DNA from: Candidatus Saccharimonadota bacterium
GTDB lineage: Bacteria > Patescibacteriota > Saccharimonadia > UBA4664
NCBI GenBank assembly: GCA_019352195.1
Contig: JACAFG010000001.1
Coordinates: 66,485 to 130,484, forward strand
DNA: 64,000 nucleotides
Direction: 5' to 3'
Part shown: piece by piece, positions 8,586 through 16,125 of the stretch
How the letters are laid out: each line of letters opens with the position of its first letter
Position numbering within the stretch: the stretch's first letter is position 1
Translations under genes and position numbers: made by a program
The notes under the pieces: generated by a model
Database searches by the model: none
Told to the model about the DNA's origin: nothing
What the model saw: only the letters and a program-made list of their open reading frames with translations

Positions 8586-9698
8586 ATGGCCACAACTGCA
8601 GTCTCCCTGCGCAGCTATAAGTCGAATTTTTCTGGAATACCGGGCTATATAGCGGGACTCCCTTCATACCCCAGAAATTTCAGTCGGGATACTTTCCTGG
8701 CCGGTATTCTAGCGATGGACAAAGACCTGTTAAGAACCCAAATCATACTGGCCGCAAATCATCAGGGAACGGGCTATGACGCGGCGACTGGAGAGGAGGC
8801 AGGCAAAGTTCATCACGAGTATCCTGGTGTTAAGCTGGCAGGACGGGGAGACTATGTAACTACCTATAACGCTTGCGACACGACCGCTTTATTCTTGCTT
8901 GCAATCGAGGCCCTTGGGCAGTTGGACGAATGCTCTTATGCCGAAATTATCGCTGGTTACCAACGTAATATCGTCTTGGCAGTGTCATATATTCTGCGGC
9001 ATGTTAAGACTAATATTTTTTATGAGTATCCACCTGATGACGCCGACCACTTTGCTCTCAAGGTAACCTACTGGAAGGACTCTATCGCCCCAGACCCTTT
9101 GGCTAGTGAGCTCTGCTACCCGGTTGCCTATGCTCTAGCGCACTTTCAAGCAGCTCGTGGCCTACTGAGCGCCGCACGTATTCTGCGAACCCCGGGCTTG
9201 CTTGAGGCCGCAGACGTCATGTTTAAGACGGGTATTCGTAAGTTCTTGCGCCCAGCACAATTCGTGGTGGCTACGGGGCATCGATTTCAATTGGCGCAAC
9301 CTTCTTCGGATGAGTTGCACAGCCTGGCATACATTCCGCAAAAGTATGGCCACTTGTTGCCGCTAGAAGCAATCGAGCAACGGTCGAAAGGATTGTTTAC
9401 GTCCGTTGGGCTTGCCTGTACGCCCGAAAGTATCGCTACCTTGCTCGATGATCCGTACCATGGCTATGTAGTATGGCCTTTTGAGCAAGCCTTTATCCAT
9501 TATGGCTCAGCCAAATTCAATTTACCTTCGTGTGCTGACTTGGCCAAACGGATAGTGCCTTTCATAGCTCAAGGGAACGAGCTCATTGGGGTAAAGCCGA
9601 AAATAGAGCCGAGGGGGAATAGCCACCAACTTTGGTCAGTTGCTGCCGGTATCTACTTCGATGGTTATTCGAGTTTACGCGATAACCCATGGCTATAA
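8586..9698 (+). CDS. amylo-alpha-1,6-glucosidase-like six-hairpin glycosidase
   Basis: AGLP..PRNFSRD, EEAGKVHHE, YNACDTTALF, YWKDS, YHG.VVWP and QLWS motifs of the debranching-enzyme C-terminal family. Confidence 0.8.
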   Translation: MATTAVSLRSYKSNFSGIPGYIAGLPSYPRNFSRDTFLAGILAMDKDLLRTQIILAANHQGTGYDAATGEEAGKVHHEYPGVKLAGRGDYVTTYNACDTTALFLLAIEALGQLDECSYAEIIAGYQRNIVLAVSYILRHVKTNIFYEYPPDDADHFALKVTYWKDSIAPDPLASELCYPVAYALAHFQAARGLLSAARILRTPGLLEAADVMFKTGIRKFLRPAQFVVATGHRFQLAQPSSDELHSLAYIPQKYGHLLPLEAIEQRSKGLFTSVGLACTPESIATLLDDPYHGYVVWPFEQAFIHYGSAKFNLPSCADLAKRIVPFIAQGNELIGVKPKIEPRGNSHQLWSVAAGIYFDGYSSLRDNPWL

Positions 9699-9719
9699 GA
9701 ATTTGATTTAGCTATTTTC

Positions 9720-9748
9720 GTTGCAACAGCCAGCACGATGGCCCTCCA
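9720..9748 (+). repeat. cassette junction repeat R6
   Basis: GTTGCAACAGCCAGCACGATGGCCCTCCA, then hairpin CAAAATAACGGCT-TCATAG-AGCCGTTATTTTG (9760-9791). Confidence 0.95.
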
Positions 9749-9842
9749 GGAATCATCCGCAAAATAACGGCTTCATAGAGCCGTTATTTTGTTATTATCT
9801 TTTCTCACTTGTTAATAAAAATTGAAATTCTATACTTCTTGC

Positions 9843-10355
9843 ATGAAGAAAAGTATCACACAAGAATCAAACTATGGATGCGGTACAGTCTGCTTTGCCT
9901 TTGCGGCCGATCTCGCGTTTCTCTATATTTTATTTGCCGTCACTATGGCAAATTTCGTCGCTCAGATTCCGTACTACCTGCATCAGTATTATCTGACATC
10001 GCATACTGCGCCGAGTCCGCTTGGCCTCGTGCTGATGGGTGGAGTATTGGCATGGTTTTTGATTGGGTATCATGGGCTCGCGCGTTACCAGAAATATGGT
10101 TACATCCTCGTACTAAGCTTCTTGAGCGTAGAATTCCTGTTTTATTTGCAAACTCAAATTGCCCAATACCTCAGTGGTCATGGCATATTCCTTTATGTTA
10201 GCTCACCTCATAGCTTGATTCTGTTTATTGTCTTTGGCGTTGGATATATCAACTTTATCGCCTCTGCCTGGTTTATTTACGAGTTGTTGCGTCATGCAAG
10301 AAGCTTTGTGGGTGATGCGGCACTGCCACTCTCGAAGCGTATTACTAAGTCCTAA
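9843..10355 (+). CDS. membrane protein, possibly chimeric with a C39-peptidase-like N-terminal stub
   Basis: ATG 9843 lies 6 nt after TATACT; MKKSITQESNYGCGTVCFA followed by about four TM helices. Confidence 0.65.
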   Translation: MKKSITQESNYGCGTVCFAFAADLAFLYILFAVTMANFVAQIPYYLHQYYLTSHTAPSPLGLVLMGGVLAWFLIGYHGLARYQKYGYILVLSFLSVEFLFYLQTQIAQYLSGHGIFLYVSSPHSLILFIVFGVGYINFIASAWFIYELLRHARSFVGDAALPLSKRITKS

Positions 10356-10452
10356 CAGGCCGTATTACATTAGCCTTAAGTGACATAGATCACGGTAAAG
10401 CTTAAGCATAAGTGTTATGGTTAGCTCAATTTAAGAGGCTAGAGCGCACTGT

Positions 10453-11010
10453 ATGAATCGTAAGATGCTCGATAAGTTACTTTCCTCAGCCGGTTTATTA
10501 GTGGCTATCATGCTGTTTACGGCCTCATTTGGGGCCGCCTGGGCCAACAGTTTTATCCATAGCCAAGTGCACGACCAGCTGGCCGCCGAAAAAATTAACT
10601 TTCCAGCCTCTGGGACCGCCGGCTTAACCTCGCTGCCCGCGGCCGACCAAGCTAAAGTGGCCCAATACGCCGGCCAGCAGCTGCTCACCGGTGCCCAGGC
10701 GGAAGTGTTTGCCGATAATTATATTGCTGTGCACCTCAAGCTTATTGGCGGCGGCAAAACCTACGCAGAGCTCAGCTCTGCATCGCTCGCCGCTCCTAAT
10801 GACCAAGTTCTTGTCGGCCAAGTCCAGACTGTCTTCCGCGGTGAAACCCTACGTGGCCTGCTGCTCAACGCCTACGCCTTTGACACTATGGCTACGATCG
10901 CGCTCTACGCCGCTTACATCTCATTTATCGGTGGCGTAATCATGCTCATTCTCTCCGGCCTAGGCTTTTGGCACGCAGGAACAGTTAAGCCGGCGCGCCG
11001 CTCCAAATAA
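10453..11010 (+). CDS. hypothetical membrane protein
   Basis: N- and C-terminal TM helices around a soluble loop containing FRGETLRGLLLNAYAF. Confidence 0.8.
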   Translation: MNRKMLDKLLSSAGLLVAIMLFTASFGAAWANSFIHSQVHDQLAAEKINFPASGTAGLTSLPAADQAKVAQYAGQQLLTGAQAEVFADNYIAVHLKLIGGGKTYAELSSASLAAPNDQVLVGQVQTVFRGETLRGLLLNAYAFDTMATIALYAAYISFIGGVIMLILSGLGFWHAGTVKPARRSK

Positions 11011-11092
11011 GGCGCCCCGCCACGCTGGCTAATACTCGTCGAAGGTCACCCCTAGCAGCCTGCATAAGTGCGACGTTGACGCTCATCAAGTG

Positions 11093-11440
11093 CTAACAGT
11101 TGTCTTGAAGGGGCGAATAAGCGGGCAAAAAGTTACAATCCGTTTTAGTTGCATCCAGTGCTACATAATCGCGCTCGCCCGTGCGGGAATTAAACCGTAC
11201 CACCATCCATTGGCCGGTGGTGGCATCCATAAATTTTTCACCTGTTATCTCCCACCCGTCACCACCGCTCGCTTTGGGTTTGTACCGACCGCGTTCAAAC
11301 ACCACGCCAACAATAATAACGACGCCGCTTATTACCAGATACACCGCTAATGGCCAGCCCGCATGCGACCGCAAAATAAAATACGCTCCCACCAAGATTG
11401 CCAGCGCGTAAATAATGATAATAATGCGCAACAGTTTCAT
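11093..11440 (-). CDS. hypothetical membrane protein
   Basis: Two TM helices then FERGRYKP...TGEKFMD.TTG...TGERDY; start overlaps the stop of the YbjQ-like gene. Confidence 0.75.
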   Translation of the reverse strand: MKLLRIIIIIYALAILVGAYFILRSHAGWPLAVYLVISGVVIIVGVVFERGRYKPKASGGDGWEITGEKFMDATTGQWMVVRFNSRTGERDYVALDATKTDCNFLPAYSPLQDNC

Positions 11441-11760
11441 TACAGGGGCTCAATCACGACGGCTGTACCGTAAGCCACAATCTCGCTCATATTTTGACCA
11501 ATCTCCGACGAATCGAACTGCATGCGCAGCACTGCGTTCGCGCCCATCCCGTTCGCATTTTGCACCAAACGGTCGATGGCATTACGGCGTGCGTCTTCGA
11601 GCATGGCAGTGTATTCATGAATTTCGCCACCCACGAGCGACCGGAATCCGGCCATAATGTTGCCGCCCAGTCCACGGCTACGCACCACCAGCCCAAATAC
11701 CTGTCCTTTTACTTCGGTTACGCGGTAGCCAGCGATCTCTTCGGTAGTAACAATTTGCAT
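11440..11760 (-). CDS. YbjQ/UPF0145 family protein
   Basis: MQIVTTEEIAGY...GLVVRSR...LVGGEIHEY...GANAV..M.FD...AYGTAV. Confidence 0.92.
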   Translation of the reverse strand: MQIVTTEEIAGYRVTEVKGQVFGLVVRSRGLGGNIMAGFRSLVGGEIHEYTAMLEDARRNAIDRLVQNANGMGANAVLRMQFDSSEIGQNMSEIVAYGTAVVIEPL

Positions 11761-11906
11761 CGGTTTCCTCGTCAATTTAGTGCGGTTACTTCTATTCTAA
11801 TACCTTCACTAGTCGTGCGCTGAGTAAACCACAATATTCACCCGCGTTTTCCTCTAATACATATGCTATACTGGCCCAATAATGCTACTCAAAATGGAGA
11901 CAACAT

Positions 11907-12140
11907 ATGGCCACCGCCCAACGTACCGCACTCGATAACGCCAGCACCGGAGCCTTTTACTTAACCGTCATTTCGGCCGTGCTCGGTGGCATATTTTGGC
12001 TAAGTTCATACTTTGTTTCGGGTCACGCCAATATTATCCAAATTGCGACGGGTATTTTCGCGGGTATGACGGCAACCGGCGGTCTGATTATGGGCTTACT
12101 TTACATCTCGCGCCTGGTTCAAAAGAAGCAAAACCCCTAA
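11907..12140 (+). CDS. small two-TM hypothetical protein
   Basis: GGAG upstream of ATG; two hydrophobic segments. Confidence 0.65.
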   Translation: MATAQRTALDNASTGAFYLTVISAVLGGIFWLSSYFVSGHANIIQIATGIFAGMTATGGLIMGLLYISRLVQKKQNP

Positions 12141-12154
12141 CCGAACGGCCGCGT

Positions 12155-12730
12155 ATGGAGACATTAGACAGCCTCGAGATAAGCTTGTTTGAAGACAACG
12201 CCTGGCATGCGTGGCTTGAGCAAAATCATACCCAAAACAAAGGTTTGTGGCTCAAGATAAGTAAAAAAGGCTCTGTGTATCCGTCAATTTCGTATGCAGA
12301 CGCTCTCAATGAAGCGTTGTGCTACGGCTGGATCGACGGCCAAAAACAGGCCTACGACGACGGCTACTATCTTCAGAAATTTACCCCGCGCCGAAGTAAA
12401 AGTGTCTGGTCTAAGATCAATGTCAGTCATATCGAGCGGCTTGTGTCCGCTGGCCGCATGCAGCCGTCGGGTTTGGCCGCTGTCGAACCCGCCAAAGCCG
12501 ACGGCTGTTGGGACGCCGCCTACGACGGCGCGCGCAGTATCAAAATGTCGCCCGAATTTGAGGCGGCACTAGCGGCAAGCCCAAAAGCCAAAGCGTTTTA
12601 TAATTCGCTTGATCGGTCTAACACCTACGCCTACTTGTGGCGCCTGCAAACCACCACTAACCCCACCAACCGCGCGCTCAAAATGAAGCAGTTTATCGGC
12701 ATGCTCGAACGCGGCGAGCGGCTCCACTAA
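12155..12730 (+). CDS. YdeI/OmpD-associated family protein
   Basis: WHAWLEQNH, EALCYGWIDG, FTPRR.KSVWS.IN, GRMQPSG; start placed at ATG 12155. Confidence 0.9.
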   Translation: METLDSLEISLFEDNAWHAWLEQNHTQNKGLWLKISKKGSVYPSISYADALNEALCYGWIDGQKQAYDDGYYLQKFTPRRSKSVWSKINVSHIERLVSAGRMQPSGLAAVEPAKADGCWDAAYDGARSIKMSPEFEAALAASPKAKAFYNSLDRSNTYAYLWRLQTTTNPTNRALKMKQFIGMLERGERLH

Positions 12731-12790
12731 GCAAAACTTTGGAGCATTTTCCAAGCCAAATGTTGCCGTGCATTTGATACACTACGCGTA

Positions 12791-13153
12791 ATGACTCCCG
12801 CAAAAACAATCAAGCCTTTTTATGCGTGTGTCGCGGTTACGTTGGTTAGTGCGCTCATCAGTTTTGGCTTCGCGCTGGCAGCGCTCGGCGGTTCTGGTGA
12901 CGGGCGCATAAACGCCATGTACGCGGGCGTACGGAGCCTTGCCATTTTGATAATGCTGCTCATTGTCGTTAGCAAACGCTCGAAGCTTGGCCTCATTACC
13001 CTAGCGGGGGTCATGATTTTGGTCCAGGCTGGCGACAGTGTCGTTGGAGGCCTCAATAACCAACTCATTAAAACGCTCGGTCCAGCCTGTCTAGCCATTG
13101 TTAATACCATTGTTCTAATCCCGCTTGCCCGAACGAAAGACGAGCGGTTATAA
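12791..13153 (+). CDS. small four-TM membrane protein (DUF4267-like)
   Basis: AMYAGVRS, VQAGDSVVG, KTLGP; hydrophobic. Confidence 0.7.
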   Translation: MTPAKTIKPFYACVAVTLVSALISFGFALAALGGSGDGRINAMYAGVRSLAILIMLLIVVSKRSKLGLITLAGVMILVQAGDSVVGGLNNQLIKTLGPACLAIVNTIVLIPLARTKDERL

Positions 13154-13175
13154 GCGCTTATGCTATAGTTGCGCC

Positions 13176-13700
13176 ATGAGCGAACGCCGCGAGCAACGTC
13201 GCACCATCACTAAGCACCTTAATCCCAAGCTGCGCCGAAGCTTGAGGCTGCTACTGGCAATTTCGGTTGTGCTGATTGGGTTTGTAATATATGACATCAT
13301 CCGCGACCACGCTAGCATATGGCAAGTGGGGCTGGGACTCCTTGCCGGTATGGGAGTCGGCCTAATTTCGGCTCGCATCTACAAGATCAGCTGGAATGAC
13401 GAAAGTCAGCACGCCGCCAGTAATATCGACATTTACGGCGTTATCGTGCTTGTTCTGTACGTCGCTTTCGATTTGTCGCGCAATCATATTGTGCATCTGT
13501 TTACTTCGAGCCAATCGGTGCCGGCTATCACCTTGGCTTTGCTCGCAGGCGCCATGTACGGTCGAGTGTTTGGTACCGGCCGCAAAATTATGCAAGTATT
13601 GCGTGAGCAGCAGGTGTTAACCTGGCGGCATTCTGAGAAACATCGAGATCGTAAGCCGCCGTCAAGCATTGCCAAACAGGCAAAAAGTGTGAATAATTGA
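13176..13700 (+). CDS. hypothetical membrane protein
   Basis: Four TM segments; ATG 13176 lies 6 nt after TATAGT. Confidence 0.75.
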   Translation: MSERREQRRTITKHLNPKLRRSLRLLLAISVVLIGFVIYDIIRDHASIWQVGLGLLAGMGVGLISARIYKISWNDESQHAASNIDIYGVIVLVLYVAFDLSRNHIVHLFTSSQSVPAITLALLAGAMYGRVFGTGRKIMQVLREQQVLTWRHSEKHRDRKPPSSIAKQAKSVNN

Positions 13701-13707
13701 GCTCAAG

Positions 13708-14484
13708 ATGAATAACGTTACGCACCAAGCTGGGACAGATCGCTCCGAGTATGGGGGGATGCGTTACGACCACGAATTGTGGCGCGACTATGCACGTGTA
13801 TACGACCAAATTTTGACTATTTTGCCATACCGAAATTTGCTGCTTGAAGTCGTAGATTGCGCTAGTATCGACTCCAACATGCGTGTGTTCGATGGCTGCT
13901 GCGGCACCGGCAACTTACTGTGGGCCTTAGGCGAGCAAAAGGTTCGCTGCCGGGTAACAGAAGTAGATTATTCCGAAGAAATGATCGCCAAAGCCCAGCT
14001 CAAAGTGGCAGGTTATGGAGGTGAGGTTGAGCTAGTGCGGGCTAATCTTGATAACCCGACCGCCGACTGGGGCGTGTCGGGAAAGTTTGAACGCTTTATT
14101 TTCAACAATAGTCTGGCATTCTTGAATGATCCCGCCAAAATCTTGCAAGGTGCCGCCGAGTTAGCCACCGACGGTGCGATACTCGTGGCTTCGACTCCGC
14201 GCCCCAATCCCAATATCACCGAGCTGCTAGAGGAGCACCTCCAATTATCCGAAAACATGGGCATGACGCGCGAAGATACTTTGCAGCGCATGTTGCCACT
14301 GCTCCAGCCCGTAATTAAGTGCAATGAACGTCTCATGCAGCAATACGGCGACAGCTATCATTTACCCAATGAGCCGCAGCTACGCGAGTGGTTTAAAGCT
14401 TCAGGTTGGCATATCACCGACATTGGCACTACTTACGCCGGCCAAAACTGGATGGTTGCCGCGGTCAAAGGTTCCTCGGCATAA
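13708..14484 (+). CDS. class I SAM-dependent methyltransferase
   Basis: VFDGCCGTGNL motif I, EVDYSEEMI; N-terminal LWRDYARVYD; C-terminal TTYAGQNW. Confidence 0.9.
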   Translation: MNNVTHQAGTDRSEYGGMRYDHELWRDYARVYDQILTILPYRNLLLEVVDCASIDSNMRVFDGCCGTGNLLWALGEQKVRCRVTEVDYSEEMIAKAQLKVAGYGGEVELVRANLDNPTADWGVSGKFERFIFNNSLAFLNDPAKILQGAAELATDGAILVASTPRPNPNITELLEEHLQLSENMGMTREDTLQRMLPLLQPVIKCNERLMQQYGDSYHLPNEPQLREWFKASGWHITDIGTTYAGQNWMVAAVKGSSA

Positions 14485-14566
14485 CTCTCAGTTTTCTTAT
14501 AAAATGGACTCTAGGAGAGAAAACTTTCCGTCCCTTGAAATTATGAGTCGAAGGTGGGTGGAGGCT

Positions 14567-15273
14567 GTGAATTTTGACAAGCAGGACCTTTGGCGGGAAT
14601 ATGCGGCCCAATATCCGCTTTTGTATGGAATTCTCCCACTACAGGAAATGTTCGCTGAAGTGGTCTCGTTGCTTGGTCCAGCCCAACGTATTCTCGACCT
14701 TGGGAGCGGGACAGGGTTTCTACTGCGTGCGCTTACAAACATAAGCAACCGGCCCCCACCGTTACCGAGCTCGACGCTTCTGAGGACATGTTGGCTGAGG
14801 CGCAAATGGTGCCATATGAGGGCGCGGTTGAGTTTGTCCGCGCGAACCTTGATGAACCCGCCGCAACCTGGCAATTGGAAGGCACGTTTGGCCATTTAGT
14901 AATGGTCAACAGTTTGTATACGGTAAATGATCCGCGAGCGTGCTTAAGTCAGATCATCACGTTGGCGGCACCCGGTGCAAAGCTGGTGATTTCCGCCCCC
15001 AAAGCGGCCCCGGACATGACCGCCGTCCTGACAGAGCACCTGCGTCTCGTGGCGGAAAGCGGCGGTGATGCGGAAGCTGAACGCCAGCGCGTACAAAACG
15101 ATTTTGCTGGCATTATGGCTATCAATCGGCAGATTCTGTCCCACCAGACGTTTCACTTTGCCGACCAATCTACTTTGCTCAGTTGGTTTGACAACACCGG
15201 CTGGAGTATTCTCTCATTGTCTACTACCTACGCTGGCCAAAACTGGCTAGCCCTAGCCCATAGGAGTCCCTGA
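14567..15273 (+). pseudogene. paralogous class I SAM methyltransferase with one frameshift near 14745-14760
   Basis: GGAGG then GTG 14567; LWREYAAQY...ILDLGSGTG in one frame; VTELDASEDML...VRANLD...TTYAGQNW in another; shift near a C5 run. Confidence 0.8.
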
Positions 15274-16055
15274 TGTCCACAAGTGGCACGCCTCTCGCGT
15301 GGCTTGCCACCGACGCCGAGGAAGTTCGACGCAGTATTGCAACCCGGCACCGCATCTTCTGCCGCGGGGAAGCCGGCAGCGAAGCTCTCGAAGATTGCAG
15401 TGTTAGTTCACCGGGTGATTACCACGACGATTATGACCCGCGCGCGTTGCATTTCGGTGTCGACTACAACGGACAAAGCATTATGACGGCGCGCCTCATT
15501 TTGGGCACCCGGCTGGCCGTAATGCCCACGGGTCGTCTGCTCGGGCGGCTCGAGCAGCCTCCCGCTGTCAATCATCACCATCGCTACTCGGAGCCGTCTC
15601 GACTCGGCCTTAGCGGTGACTTCCAGGGAACTGAAGTTGGGCGTAAAGCCTTACTGAGCCTTGTTGGCCTGCTCACCGAAACCTCGGTGCTCCAGGGCTT
15701 TGACTCGTATCTGCTGTCACTGCGCGGGGTACTCATGAGGGCATTCAGCTGGTTTCCCTGGACGCTGGCGCCCCCCATCGATTACCCAGCCAGCGAAGGT
15801 GGTCCCAACACCGCCGAACCAATGTGGCTCGCGACGCTCAATTTGCACGAGCTCGTAGTGGCAACGCGGATGTTCAACTCATCGGCCTACCAGATGATGT
15901 TCGACGACAGACCCGCATGGTTTGATCCGACGCTTGCACGCTCTCAAAGCGAACTTCGCGAGCTCGTTCGGTCCAACCGAATTCGGGTGCGCCGTGCCAA
16001 TGAGGCTTGGAAAACCGGCCAGCTCACCCTGGCCAAGCTCGCACCCATTGTCTAA
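15273..16055 (+). CDS. GNAT-fold acyltransferase, LuxI/FeeM-like
   Basis: TRHRIFC, DDYDPRALHF, TARLI and YSEPSRL match the R/F, D..D, R and E..R pattern of acyl-HSL and N-acyl amino acid synthases. Confidence 0.7.
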   Translation: MSTSGTPLAWLATDAEEVRRSIATRHRIFCRGEAGSEALEDCSVSSPGDYHDDYDPRALHFGVDYNGQSIMTARLILGTRLAVMPTGRLLGRLEQPPAVNHHHRYSEPSRLGLSGDFQGTEVGRKALLSLVGLLTETSVLQGFDSYLLSLRGVLMRAFSWFPWTLAPPIDYPASEGGPNTAEPMWLATLNLHELVVATRMFNSSAYQMMFDDRPAWFDPTLARSQSELRELVRSNRIRVRRANEAWKTGQLTLAKLAPIV

Positions 16056-16062
16056 GCCTCCG

Positions 16063-16100
16063 AATGGGGCCGCCGAGATCAACTCGGCGGCCCCATTTTT
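16063..16100 (+). terminator. intrinsic terminator
   Basis: AATGGGGCCGCCGAG-ATCAA-CTCGGCGGCCCCATT followed by a T run. Confidence 0.85.
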
Positions 16101-16125
16101 CGTAGGTAGTGCTAAACTACACACC

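Larger units (their letters stand above)
3301..10355 (+). mobile_element. tRNA-Lys-anchored array of co-oriented gene cassettes separated by att-like repeats; no integrase in window
   Basis: Six dispersed 29-bp repeats ending in the tRNA 3' 12-mer; exactly one gene between consecutive repeats; unrelated cargo genes, some visibly AT-rich or decayed. The right boundary is uncertain. Confidence 0.75.

Noticed and set aside
5846-9748. CRISPR array interpretation of the 29-bp repeats
   Set aside because: Intervening segments are about 370-1200 bp and contain whole genes, the repeats vary internally, and no cas genes are present
5846-9791. Classical integron attC sites
   Set aside because: No RYYYAAC...GTTRRRY bounded imperfect palindrome is seen, there is no intI, the core matches the tRNA 3' end, and cassettes carry their own promoters
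15922-16125. N-terminal extension of thrC in the ORF track
   Set aside because: It overlaps the upstream gene and a terminator; ATG 16126 follows a TAAACT box and precedes the Zn-ribbon start
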